64,000 nucleotides of DNA. Source: Dysgonomonas sp. Lineage in GTDB: Bacteria; Bacteroidota; Bacteroidia; Bacteroidales; Dysgonomonadaceae. The stretch covers positions 7,041 through 71,040 of the forward strand of contig JAVBJR010000595.1 in the NCBI GenBank assembly GCA_031546965.1, read 5' to 3'. The translations under genes were made by a program, and so were the position numbers. Every line of letters starts with the position of its first letter. Within the stretch, counting starts at the first letter, position 1. Below, piece after piece: positions 28,267 to 39,300 of the stretch. Below the pieces are notes generated by a model. It saw only the letters and a list, made by a program, of their open reading frames with translations. It did not search any database and was not told where the DNA came from.

Positions 28267-28295
28267 ACCGATTGGCAAATGTACAAATAAAAAAA

Positions 28296-28327
28296 AGAGT
28301 CTTCGAAGATCACTCCCCAAAGACTCT
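28296..28327 (-). terminator. Terminator ending the PUL transcript
   Basis: AGAGTCTT / AAGACTCT stem preceded on + by an A-run (U-tail on -). Confidence 0.6.
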
Positions 28328-28354
28328 CTCTCTAACTAATTTTCTATGAAAAAA

Positions 28355-29119
28355 CTATTTTTTGTGGCTCATAAGCCACGGAACTAGATCTTTATCCTGA
28401 AAGGCATTTACCCAACTACCGTGATTGACACCCGGATATTCAGTATATTTCACCTCGTTTCCTGCCGATTTGAGTGCCTCGTACATTTGTTGCGAAAGTT
28501 GTACCGGAACTATATCGTCTGCTGCCCCATGAAATATCCAAACGGCTGTATTTTTGGTATAATATTGTACTTTAGAGATATCCCCACCTCCACATATAGG
28601 GAAAGCTGCTGCAAAAGTATTGGGCATACGCCACAATAGTTCGTATGTACCCATACCTCCCATCGATAGACCTCCTACGTATACTTGACTGCGGTTTACT
28701 TTTCCTGAGTTTAGCCAATCCGAAATCAAAAAGATTAGAGTTTCCATAGCCGGAGTGGCTTTGTCCGATACCACGAATGCAAACGTAGTTTTGTTGTTCA
28801 CGGTATTTTTCTCCAAATTGCTCCAAGATGTATTTGCCGGACACTGGGGTACAATTACTATTGCGGGACATTCTGATTGAAAATTATCGATCAAAAAATC
28901 TTTACCATTGATTAACTGCTTTTCATTATCATCGCCACGTTCGCCCGAACCATGCAAAAATACCACTAACGGATATTGCTTGGTTTCATCATAATTTGCG
29001 GGAAACATAACCCGATAGGGTAAGTTATTGCCATTAATCAAGTAATCGGCACGCTCAAACTGTGCGTAAGTAAGCGTTGAACAGAAAAACAAGAATACAT
29101 TTAATAATTTAGTTTTCAT
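28355..29119 (-). CDS. Secreted alpha/beta-hydrolase (carbohydrate esterase-like)
   Basis: VFLHGSGERG, GLSMGG nucleophile elbow, HGAADDIVP, VNHGSW; signal peptide. Confidence 0.85.
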   Translation of the reverse strand: MKTKLLNVFLFFCSTLTYAQFERADYLINGNNLPYRVMFPANYDETKQYPLVVFLHGSGERGDDNEKQLINGKDFLIDNFQSECPAIVIVPQCPANTSWSNLEKNTVNNKTTFAFVVSDKATPAMETLIFLISDWLNSGKVNRSQVYVGGLSMGGMGTYELLWRMPNTFAAAFPICGGGDISKVQYYTKNTAVWIFHGAADDIVPVQLSQQMYEALKSAGNEVKYTEYPGVNHGSWVNAFQDKDLVPWLMSHKK

Positions 29120-29130
29120 ATGTTGTTTAT

Positions 29131-29172
29131 GAGTTACGAGTTACAAGTTACCAAGTCTTGTAACTTATAACT
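29131..29172. repeat. Heptamer array (GAGTTAC)n with inverted half
   Basis: GAGTTAC GAGTTAC AAGTTAC ... TTGTAAC TTATAAC. Confidence 0.75.
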
Positions 29173-29174
29173 AT

Positions 29175-30929
29175 TTACCGGGCTTCTCCTCTTGTCCAAG
29201 TAGAAGTACCGTTTTCGTTGATGGCTTCAATGGCAAAGTAGTAAGGTTTGGTTTTATCCATTCCCTTGTAATAATATTCATTCACATTGTGAACCATTAC
29301 GCTGCTGTATAATTTATCGGGTTCTATACCTATATAAATATTGTAGGCATAGGCATTTTCTACAGGTTCCCATTTCATCCATGCACTGCGTTTATCGGTT
29401 TCGGTACGCAATACGATGAATTGTTTAACGGGCGATGGTTTTTCGCCTGCTCCGAATCCGAATGCACGGAATCCCGAAATGGCAAATTTACCTGTTGGCA
29501 TATGAATATTTTCGAGTTTCAAGTAACGGGCTTTTACAGGCTTCTCCAATTCTACATAATCGTGAGGAACATCTTTTTTGTTGTTGCTCTTATCGATCAG
29601 TACATCCCATTTTTTGCCATCCAAAGACGAATATACTGTATATTGATGACATTTACCTAAAGTTTTACCCATAAATTCAACATCCTGATCTGCATAGTTT
29701 ATTTGTAGTGCATAAACAGTAGAAATTTCGCCCAAATCAGATATCAGCCATTCGCCCTTATCGGCAGTTTTGGCACTCCAATAAGTTTTGATGTCTTCGT
29801 CTACAATATTATTGGCATAATGTGTACCTAACGTTGTAGATACCTGTACCGGTTTGTTATAGTTCAAAAGCATCCATCCTGTAAACTGGCTTTTCAGATG
29901 GTCTGCCTCCCCTGTGGGTATACAATGTGGATAATCTCCAAATGTAGTGTTACAATACATGTTGCCCTCGCTGTCGAATCCGGCAGCCCATATACCGATA
30001 CGGCGTTCGAAATTATTTTTGACATTGATAACCATGGTTGATGTATGCCAGTAATTGTTCCAACGATCCTGAAAGGTAGCACCATGTCCGGCTCCACGTA
30101 TAAAACCTCCTGCCTTCATACTCAATGGTAAAGAGGCATGCTCAAAAAATCCGAGAGGGCTGTCGCTTACGGCATATCCGTCGGCATAATGGCTGAACTC
30201 TGTTCCGGGACCTCCCCACTGCAAATAGTATTTACCACCATGTTTGGTCATCCACGCACCTTCCATAAATGGTTTAAGGAACGTATTATCCATATGTTCG
30301 CCAAAACGATGCCACCCGATTTTGTCTCCATCGGTTAATAGCAACTCTTTGCGTGTTCCGATAGGTTGAAATGTTTTTCGATTTAATTCTATACCATACA
30401 ATGGATATACATTACTGCTACCGTTGTACATATACAACTTACCATCGTCGTCGGTAAAAAAGGCTGGATCCCATCCTCCGATTTCGAAATGTTCAACCGC
30501 TTTTTCCCATTTGTTACCTTTAGGATCGGTACTGATCCATATTGGGAATGTGCTGGAGTAGGTAGATCCGAAAACAACTAAGGTGTCTCCCATTGTCCAT
30601 GCAGCAGGAGCACAAAGGTCGTCCCACTTATTTACTGTTTTTTCGATTGATTCTTCGGTAAGAAATGAACGCGAAACAAAGTTCCAGTTCAACATATCGC
30701 TGCTCCACCAATATCCGCTTTGGTTAGTGCCAAAAAGATAGTAGTCTCCTTTGTAATTAACAATAACAGGGTCGGCAGATGTGCGGTGCTTACCCCATTC
30801 GGTAAAGTTAGGGATGGGGCAATAGCCGTAATCGATATTTATAGGGTTACAATATGTTTTTTGCTGTGCATAGGCATTTGCCCCCCAAATGCAAAGCATA
30901 GATAGTATGGCGTATTTTAATATTTTCAT
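29175..30929 (-). CDS. GH43 family glycoside hydrolase with F5/8 type C (CBM32-like) and C-terminal Fn3-like domains (GH43_28-like)
   Basis: YCNPINIDY, SADP, GWDPA, MEGAW, GHG; C-terminal DEDIKTYWSA...YALQINY...ARYLKL. Confidence 0.82.
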   Translation of the reverse strand: MKILKYAILSMLCIWGANAYAQQKTYCNPINIDYGYCPIPNFTEWGKHRTSADPVIVNYKGDYYLFGTNQSGYWWSSDMLNWNFVSRSFLTEESIEKTVNKWDDLCAPAAWTMGDTLVVFGSTYSSTFPIWISTDPKGNKWEKAVEHFEIGGWDPAFFTDDDGKLYMYNGSSNVYPLYGIELNRKTFQPIGTRKELLLTDGDKIGWHRFGEHMDNTFLKPFMEGAWMTKHGGKYYLQWGGPGTEFSHYADGYAVSDSPLGFFEHASLPLSMKAGGFIRGAGHGATFQDRWNNYWHTSTMVINVKNNFERRIGIWAAGFDSEGNMYCNTTFGDYPHCIPTGEADHLKSQFTGWMLLNYNKPVQVSTTLGTHYANNIVDEDIKTYWSAKTADKGEWLISDLGEISTVYALQINYADQDVEFMGKTLGKCHQYTVYSSLDGKKWDVLIDKSNNKKDVPHDYVELEKPVKARYLKLENIHMPTGKFAISGFRAFGFGAGEKPSPVKQFIVLRTETDKRSAWMKWEPVENAYAYNIYIGIEPDKLYSSVMVHNVNEYYYKGMDKTKPYYFAIEAINENGTSTWTRGEAR

Positions 30930-31002
30930 ATTGTTTTTATTAGATAAATTGTAAATACGGAGAGCCTGTTCTTTGAAACAAGCTCTCTATTGTATTTTTA
31001 AC

Positions 31003-32370
31003 TTAAGGTTTTAAAGAAGGACTTTCGAAGTCTAATTTTCTCAACCCGTTTTGCACGTCGGGGTGGCTCATAAACAACTTCCAAAGTAATTGCGAACGGT
31101 AGTTTTCGATCATAACAGCAATAGGTCCTTGGTCAATTGCCAAGTAGCGGCGAGGATACCAATTATCGGTTTCGCTGTAAGCATCATAGAAGCCGTATTT
31201 ACCCCACATTTTGTCGCCCATGGAATAAAGGTGACGCATCACTTTCATCGACTCTTGAGGTGTATATACAATAGACGAAAGGGCAGCTGTAGGGCTTATT
31301 ACTCCAAGATCTCCTCTTTCGGAAGGTTCGTGAGCCGCATACCCTTTTACCGAATAGCTGGCAGTCAGTCCCCAAGCATTCTCGCCGTATCCTCTAAATT
31401 GTTTAGGATTACTGATACAATACTTGCGGTTTACCAAAGTGTAATTCTTCATTTCGTTGAAATAGTTAGGACTGTACATATCCTTCAAATTGGTAGGATT
31501 TAATCCTAAGAAAGAATAATGTGTCCAAAACAGAGGACCGGCTTCAGTACCTTGATAACGGAAGTCCAATGTGATACCCTGTACAGTATGAGCACCTTTT
31601 ATAGCACCACTTTCAGCCCATCCTTCGTGATACACTTCGGCAGGTACTCCGTGAGTAGGCGAACAGGCGGCAAGTACATAAGTAATTAAACATTCATTGA
31701 ACCCACGAATGGCAAAGTTCATCTCCCATGAGTGATCGGGGCTCCAGTGCCAATATAATACATTTTGTCCGTTACGGTGCCAGTTCCAATCTACGGCTCT
31801 CCACAGTTTATCGATACGGGCAGCTACTGCTTTTTCGGCATCCGATCCGTTTACATAGTATTGGTGAGCGGCAAGTAGACCTTGCATCAGAAACGATGTT
31901 TCTACTAAATCGCCTCCATTGTCTTTATCACTGAAACCTCTTACTTTACCGGTTTCGCCATACCACCAATGAGGAAATACTCCGTGAAAGCTATCGGCTT
32001 TTTCCAAGAACGTTACAATTTTGTCCATCCTGGCTAACCCTTGGTCACGAGTAACATATCCACGGTCTATACCTGCAATTATTGCCATGATACCAAATCC
32101 GCTACCTCCTGAGGTTACTACATTTTGGTCGTTTTGAGGATATTCGCCATCTACATGATAGCGTTCGCGAGCCATTCCACTGGTTGGTTCTGCACCATCC
32201 CAAAAGTAATTGAACGTACGGTGCTGAACACTGTCTAACAGTGCTTCGTCGGTTATTTCGGCTTTTACCGGTGGTTCGGGAATAATGTCTGTGTCGCTGT
32301 TGGAGCTTTTACAATTTGTAAAAGTCAATAACAGACTAAGTATTAGAAATGGGGCATATACCTTTTTCAT
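31003..32370 (-). CDS. GH144 beta-1,2-glucanase (glucoamylase-like) lipoprotein
   Basis: Lipobox FTNC; TFNYFWDGAEP.SGMARER, GGSGFG, DNGGDLVET, NECLITY, GPLFW.HYS.LG, YLAIDQGP. Confidence 0.9.
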   Translation of the reverse strand: MKKVYAPFLILSLLLTFTNCKSSNSDTDIIPEPPVKAEITDEALLDSVQHRTFNYFWDGAEPTSGMARERYHVDGEYPQNDQNVVTSGGSGFGIMAIIAGIDRGYVTRDQGLARMDKIVTFLEKADSFHGVFPHWWYGETGKVRGFSDKDNGGDLVETSFLMQGLLAAHQYYVNGSDAEKAVAARIDKLWRAVDWNWHRNGQNVLYWHWSPDHSWEMNFAIRGFNECLITYVLAACSPTHGVPAEVYHEGWAESGAIKGAHTVQGITLDFRYQGTEAGPLFWTHYSFLGLNPTNLKDMYSPNYFNEMKNYTLVNRKYCISNPKQFRGYGENAWGLTASYSVKGYAAHEPSERGDLGVISPTAALSSIVYTPQESMKVMRHLYSMGDKMWGKYGFYDAYSETDNWYPRRYLAIDQGPIAVMIENYRSQLLWKLFMSHPDVQNGLRKLDFESPSLKP

Positions 32371-32478
32371 AAAATAAATATTTTAATAAGTTAACCTGTC
32401 TTTTAAAATAGAAAGAGATTGCCTGAATGCGTGTTCTGACAACTCCTTTCACTTGGCATTATAGAACTTGGAATATAT

Positions 32479-34764
32479 TTAGTTCAGAGTGAATCGGGCT
32501 GTTTTAACATCTTTGCTATTACCACCGATCATTACATCAAAATCTCCCGGTTCGAAGACATATGCTAAATCGTAATTGTAAAATTTAAGCATTTCGGGAG
32601 TAATTTTAAAACTTATTGTTTTGGTTTCTCCTGCCTTTAATTCTACCTTTTCGAATCCTTTCAGCTCTTTAACGGGGCGTGTTACGCTGCCTACTAAATC
32701 GCGAATGTATAACTGAGCAACTTCTTTGCCTGCATACTTTCCGCTATTTGTTATGGCGATGCTGGCAGTAAGTTCTCCGTTTTTATCTAATTTAGTTGAG
32801 CTGAGAGCAATGTCTCCGTACGTAAATTGAGTATAGCTCAATCCGTATCCGAAAGGATAGAGAGGATCGTTGCTAACATCCATATAATTGCTGCGGAATT
32901 TTTCGAACCATTTGCCTTCTGCCAATGGGCGACCTGTATTTTTATGATTGTAATAAAGAGGTATTTGACCTACGTTTTGAGGGAAGGTTGCTGCCAATTT
33001 ACCGCTTGGATTAACATCACCAAAGACTACGTCTGCAATTGCAGGGGCAGCTTCGCTACCACCAAACCATACATTGAGGATGGCTGGTACGTTTGCATTT
33101 TCCCAAGTAAGTGTCAATGGACGACCTGTGAAAAGAACCAATACTACAGGTTTACCTGTTTTTAAGAGTTCAGCAAGTAATTCTTTTTGTACATCAGGTA
33201 TACCTATATCGGTACGGCTACTAGATTCTCCACTAAATTCGGATGATTCACCCAATGCAGCTACAATTACGTCGGCATCTTTTGCTGTTTCAAGAGCTTC
33301 GTTCAACAATTGTCCTTTGGTACGGTCGTCTCTGTTCAAGGTACGTCCAAACATGGTTGCATCAGCTTCCAGCTTAGCGTCTGCTGTAAGATTGCTACCC
33401 TTGGCATATACTACTTTTACGTCTTTACCGCCAACAGCCTGCATGCCCTCGATAAGGGTTTGAGGTACATCCATCTTAGCGGCTACACTCCATGTTCCGG
33501 GCATGTTAGAGCGAGTGTTACCTAATGGACCTACTATGGCTATTTTACCTTGTTTTTTAAGAGGCAATACATTGCCTTGGTTTTTCAACAACACGAAACT
33601 TTCAGAAGCTATTTTACGTGCTATGTCACGATTTGCATCTGTATAAATTTCATTTTTAGCACGTTTCGGATCCATGTATTTATATGGATTTTGAAACAAG
33701 CCCAATTTGTATTTCGCTTCCAATATACGACGACAAGCCTGATCTATATCGGCTTGTGATACTTTGCTTTCTTTTAGTGATTTTGTTAAAGTGCTTGCAA
33801 ATCCTTCGGCAACCATATCCATATCTACTCCTGCTTTGAGGGCACGAGCCGACACTTCTTGTAAATCGCCGATACCATGTTCTATCATTTCGCTGATTCC
33901 GGTATAGTCGGTCACTACAAATCCGTTAAAGCCCCATTGTTTACGAAGCAAATCTGTCATCAGCCATTTGTTGGCAGTAGCGGGTACACCGTCTACTTCG
34001 TTGAACGAAGCCATAACACTGCCTACACCTGCTTCTACAGCTGCTTTGTATGGGTACATATATTCGTTCATCATCCGTTGGCGGCTCATGTCAACCGTGT
34101 TGTAGTCGCGTCCAGCTTCACCTGCACCATATAGGGCATAGTGTTTTACACACGACATAATGTGTGTATTATCAGAATAGGTATTGTCTCCTTGATAACC
34201 ACGAACCATGGCTTTTGCAATCTGTCCACCCAAATAAGGGTCTTCGCCGTTTCCTTCCGACACTCGTCCCCAACGTGGATCACGCGAAATATCTACCATC
34301 GGGCTGAATGTCCAGAATATACCGTCGGCACTGGCTTCTGTTGCTGCAATACGAGCTGATTGTTCTATCGCTTTCATATCCCAGGTTGCAGCCAATCCCA
34401 ATGGAATAGGAAAAACGGTTTCGTATCCGTGAATAACATCCATACCAAAAATCAAAGGGATTTTCAGACGGCTTTCTTCTACGGCTATGCGTTGTACATC
34501 ACGTATTTTATCGACACCTTTGATGTTAAATACACCTCCGACCTGACCTTTTTTGATCTTAGTGGCACTATCGCTACTTTTAGCCTGACCGGTGGTAATG
34601 TCTCCGGCACCGGGTAAGTTGAGCTGACCGATTTTCTCTTCGAGGGTCATTTTACTCATCAGATTGTTGATGAAGCTGTCCATTTTTGGATCTCTCGCCG
34701 GCTTGGTCTGTGCGACAACTCCCAATGAGAGAAGAAAGCAGATGCCTACAAATACTTTTTTCAT
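32479..34764 (-). CDS. bglX: GH3 beta-glucosidase BglX
   Basis: GMDVIHG, RDPRWGR, VKHYA, VVTDY (nucleophile), SGESSSR, C-terminal Fn3-like domain. Confidence 0.95.
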   Translation of the reverse strand: MKKVFVGICFLLSLGVVAQTKPARDPKMDSFINNLMSKMTLEEKIGQLNLPGAGDITTGQAKSSDSATKIKKGQVGGVFNIKGVDKIRDVQRIAVEESRLKIPLIFGMDVIHGYETVFPIPLGLAATWDMKAIEQSARIAATEASADGIFWTFSPMVDISRDPRWGRVSEGNGEDPYLGGQIAKAMVRGYQGDNTYSDNTHIMSCVKHYALYGAGEAGRDYNTVDMSRQRMMNEYMYPYKAAVEAGVGSVMASFNEVDGVPATANKWLMTDLLRKQWGFNGFVVTDYTGISEMIEHGIGDLQEVSARALKAGVDMDMVAEGFASTLTKSLKESKVSQADIDQACRRILEAKYKLGLFQNPYKYMDPKRAKNEIYTDANRDIARKIASESFVLLKNQGNVLPLKKQGKIAIVGPLGNTRSNMPGTWSVAAKMDVPQTLIEGMQAVGGKDVKVVYAKGSNLTADAKLEADATMFGRTLNRDDRTKGQLLNEALETAKDADVIVAALGESSEFSGESSSRTDIGIPDVQKELLAELLKTGKPVVLVLFTGRPLTLTWENANVPAILNVWFGGSEAAPAIADVVFGDVNPSGKLAATFPQNVGQIPLYYNHKNTGRPLAEGKWFEKFRSNYMDVSNDPLYPFGYGLSYTQFTYGDIALSSTKLDKNGELTASIAITNSGKYAGKEVAQLYIRDLVGSVTRPVKELKGFEKVELKAGETKTISFKITPEMLKFYNYDLAYVFEPGDFDVMIGGNSKDVKTARFTLN

Positions 34765-34855
34765 ATTTTTTTATTTTTAAGCTGCCAAGAATATGAATAA
34801 AAATTCAAATTCCCGGCAGCTTTTATTTTAAAAACTTATAATTAGCTGCCTGCCC

Positions 34856-36277
34856 TTACCAGTTAGGGTTTTGCTTCATTGCCGGTGTTTCGATCAACTG
34901 TTGATTAGGAATAGGGAACAATTCATGTTTTCCTTCTACAAATGTTTTGCCATCAAGAGCCATAGCAGCTTTGGCTTGTCCTGTACGAACTAAGTCGAAC
35001 CAACGGTCGTGCTCAAATGCCAGCTCCAAGCGACGTTCGTGCCAGATGGCTTTGCGTAAGTCGTCTTTGGCGGTTAGGGTAATGCCGGTAAGATGTGCTC
35101 TAGTCCTGATTTGGTTCACAGCAGTTAAAGCCTCGGCGGTTTTACCCAACTCGTTGGCAGCTTCTGCTTGTATCAAGTAGATTTCGCCTAAACGCAAGTA
35201 TCTGATATTTTTATCGCTATATGTAGCTCCGGGTGCTGCACTCGAGTAAGCTTTCAGGTTGTACATGGGGTTCTCGGTTGAACCTACTACACGTCCATCC
35301 CAAAGGGTTGAATTTCTGAAAATAATGGTTCCGTTGCGACGAACCATATCGCCCGAGTCGTTGAAATCTGCTAATAAACCTGCGGAGGGAGTATTGAATC
35401 CCCATCCCCATCCGGTATCTCCGCGAGCACCTTGTGTTTGCGAATATTGTCTTGTACCTAATGCTGGAGAGTCTCCTCTACTTTGGAACTCAAATAACGA
35501 TTCTACACCATTTTTAGTAGAAGCTCTCCAAAGGGCAGCGTAATCAGATTCTAATTGATATTGTCCCGAACCTATAACTGTGGTAGCCATGTCGTATGCT
35601 TCTTGCCATTTGCCTTGGTACAAATATACTTTAGATAACAAACCTTGTGCAGCACCTTTGGTTGCACGTCCTAAATCTTTGGATGGGTACTCACTCTTTT
35701 TGGGCAGTACTTGTATTGCGTCCAACAGGTCTTTCTCGATGTATGCGTAAACCTCTGCTTTGGGGGCTCTGTTTACATCGTCTTTGCCTTGTATGGTTAC
35801 GTCTCCCCATCCTCTCACTAAGAAGAAGTAGTTGAGTGCACGCAAAAACTTGGCTTCGCCAATCAATCTATTTTTGTAAGCCGCATCAGTAAGACCAAAT
35901 TTTTCGGTGTACTCAATGGCTTGTGTTGCACGACCTATCGCCTTATACCAACGTGTCCACATGTCTTTAATAGAACTCGATGTACTGGTGTATGTGAGAC
36001 CATCAAGTATATGTTTGTCCCCCCCTGTATCGTCGGTAGAACTCCCTTTGTCGGCATTATCCGAAATAATTTCAGTAATTCCCAAATAAGCAAATGCATA
36101 ATCCCAGTCGGTAAACATACCATATGTACCATTTACAAAATCCTCGGGTTCATACACTGTAGGACTGTCTTTTGCATCTACATTTTCCTCCGATGGCACA
36201 TCTAAAAAATTGCTACATGCTGTCGTAAGTAACAGTATTGATGTTGCAGCTATAATATTTATATATATTTTTCTCAT
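34856..36277 (-). CDS. susD: RagB/SusD family nutrient-binding lipoprotein
   Basis: Lipobox TTAC; GEAKFLRA..YF.LVR.WG, GRATKGAA..LL.KVYLY, ERRLELAFEHDRWFDLVR, QNP.W. Confidence 0.95.
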   Translation of the reverse strand: MRKIYINIIAATSILLLTTACSNFLDVPSEENVDAKDSPTVYEPEDFVNGTYGMFTDWDYAFAYLGITEIISDNADKGSSTDDTGGDKHILDGLTYTSTSSSIKDMWTRWYKAIGRATQAIEYTEKFGLTDAAYKNRLIGEAKFLRALNYFFLVRGWGDVTIQGKDDVNRAPKAEVYAYIEKDLLDAIQVLPKKSEYPSKDLGRATKGAAQGLLSKVYLYQGKWQEAYDMATTVIGSGQYQLESDYAALWRASTKNGVESLFEFQSRGDSPALGTRQYSQTQGARGDTGWGWGFNTPSAGLLADFNDSGDMVRRNGTIIFRNSTLWDGRVVGSTENPMYNLKAYSSAAPGATYSDKNIRYLRLGEIYLIQAEAANELGKTAEALTAVNQIRTRAHLTGITLTAKDDLRKAIWHERRLELAFEHDRWFDLVRTGQAKAAMALDGKTFVEGKHELFPIPNQQLIETPAMKQNPNW

Positions 36278-36301
36278 GATTTTTTACTTTTACTTAATTG
36301 A

Positions 36302-39300
36302 TTAGAACGAAAGATTAAGACCAAATATGAAATTACGAGTTGTAGGATATGCCGCCGTTTCTATACCCGCTGTTTCTTTTGGACTACCAACATTTGCTGC
36401 ATTAGGGTCACTCGAATATCCCGAAAGCTCAGGTGAAAATCCGGAGTAGTTTGTGAAAATTAATGGATTTTGAGCCGTGAAATAGAATCTCAAATTAGAT
36501 CCCTTGAATAGAGCATTGTTAAGCGTGTATCCCAACGTAAGGTTATTGATACGGAAGAATGATCCACTTTCCAAATAGTAGCTCGAAGCATTCGAGTCAT
36601 GGTTAGCTCCGGGATTTGTATTTGATGTCCCGTCACCCGTCCAACGATCTTTATATGTATCATAAGCAATGTTTTCGCCACCATTTATTCTAACACCCTT
36701 CAATGCATTGTATATTTTATTACCATATACTCCATATCCGTCTAGGCTGAAATCAAACTGCTTGTATCCCAATCCTATATGTATACCATAGTTAACTGTG
36801 GGTAGGTACGATCCTAAGTATTTTTTGTCCTTGTCATCAATCACTCCATCACCATTTTGATCTTTGTATCTCAAGTGACCGGGAGCAGGTGATCCATACT
36901 TTGCGTTGGCAGGATTATTTATCTCTGCTTGATTTTGCCATACTCCATCAGTTTCCCACATCCACCATGCATAAATAGGTTGATTTTCTCTCAGTTGTTT
37001 CGTGATTTGCCCGTTTCCTAAGCTACCACCGGTATCACCATCATATGCGGGTTTTACATTAACTACCTTGTTGGTATTGTGTGAGTAGTTGGCACTGATT
37101 TCGTAAGTAAAACCGTTAGCCAACCTATCTTTCCATCCAAGATTTAATTCTATCCCTTTGTTGTTCACTTCTGCACCATGAGCTAGGTAGTTGCCTTTAA
37201 ACTGAGAATTTGATACGGGTTTTACATCTAAGATAGTATTGGTATTAGTCTTATTGTAATAATCGACACCGGCTGTCAACCTGTCGTGCAGAAACGCAAA
37301 ATCAGCTCCGATACCCCATTCTTCGGTTACCTCCCACGATAAAGGAAATGCCGGACTACCAAAGGCTGCACCAATATAGTAGGTGTAATCGGGTCCAAAA
37401 ATATAGTTGTAGTCTTTAGGATCATTCACATCGGAACCTGTACTGATACTGCTTACGACAGGAGGTACATTTTGGTTACCCAATTTACCCCAAGTTGCTC
37501 TCAGCTTCATATAGTCAAGAAAAGTAAAGCTTTCCATAAAGCTTTCTTTAGATATAGTCCATCCTGCACCTAGTGAAGGAAAAGTTCCCCAATAGTCTTT
37601 AGATTCCTTAAAAGTACTTGACCCATCGCGTCTTATAGTTCCTGTCAAGTAATATTTGTTGTCGTAGTTGTATTGGAAACGACCGAAATACGAAGCTAAT
37701 GCTCTGGGTGTGTACGAAAATTGATCGATGGTTTTTGCATAAGCATTAGAGGCATGTTTCATGCTCCAGTAGTTGCTTTCGGCAGGTACATCATAGCCTT
37801 TCAGAGCAGTTTTACCTCCAATACCTTGTTTTTCACGAGACAAACCGGCTATAACGTTTACGTTGTGCTTATCGAAGCTTTTATTGAAAGTAAGGAATCC
37901 TTCCCATGTCCAACGATAAGTATCTAAGTTTGTCAATGCAAGAGAGTTATTGGCAAAAGTTTCGTTTGATGGTGCTGCCGCCTTTGAAGCATTAAAATCT
38001 GTCTCTGTTTTGTTTGGATTTTGAAATAACCAACCTTCTTTTACATTAACAAAATTTCTATTGTCGGTGTAGTATTTTGTGGCACCAAAACGAGAACTGG
38101 CTGTCAGGTAATCGGTTATTTTAAATTCACCTTCAATACCTCCTTGTATAGAAAGGGTATGATTCGTTAAATTTTGTTTGTTTCTTGAGAACAATGGGTT
38201 GCCTATAGAGTTTAATTCAGCTGTAGGAACACCGGGAGGACTTGTTTTTTCAACGATACCGGTTTGCATATTTGCACGGGGTACTCCATAAGTTCCGTCT
38301 GCGTACCTTGTTGGTACCAAAGGCGATTGGCGATAGGCATCATCAAAAGGTCCGTAAGTGACTACTCCTTCATTGGCAAACGATATACTCAAGTTTTCCT
38401 TAAATTTCAAACGATCGTTAAAGAACTTGAATACATTGTTATTTCTTATTGTAGTACGTTGGTAGTCTTGCCCACTAAGCATACCGGTTTCATCATAAAA
38501 GTTGTAGCTGAAAAAATAATCTACCGCTTTGCTTCCCCCAGATAAAGACACAGTATTGTTATTAAAAATACCTGTGCCAAGAATTTCGTCATACCAATCG
38601 GTATTATAAGCTTGTTTATCGGCATCAGCCAAGAAATAATATTTCTCGGGATGGGTTGGATCTGCAGTTTTCAAAGTTTGCTGATTCTCATTAAAATACT
38701 GGATGTATTGCGAAGCGTCAGCCATTTTTACTCTGTTTAGGACGTTTTTCATCCCGATGTACGATTCTACACCAATTTTGGTTTTGCCTTCTTGTCCTTT
38801 TTTTGTTGTAACGATAATAACACCATTGGCAGCACGTACCCCGTAAATAGAAGCCGATGAAGCATCTTTCAATACATCCATCGAAACAATGTCCGAGGGG
38901 CTGATATTTTTGATATTTTCGGCAGGAAAACCGTCTACAATATACAATGGGTCGCGTCCTGCCAAAGCTGTACCCAATCCGCGTATAATTACTGTTGGAG
39001 AAGATCCCGGAGCATCCGATCCGGTGATACTTACCCCTGCCATTTTTCCTTGAATAGCTTGAGCTGCATTCAATGCCGGTTGTTTCATAATAGCGTCTGC
39101 TGATACACTTGATATAGACCCTGTCAAATCGGCTTTCTTTGCTGTACCGTAACCGATAACAACAGTTTCGGTCAATACCTTACTGTCATCGACCAATGTA
39201 ACATTAATTTTTGTTTGTGAGGCAACCGCTATCGATTGCGTTTTCATACCTAAGTAGGTGAAGTCGAGTACATCTCCTGATTTTGCGGCAATAGAGTAAT

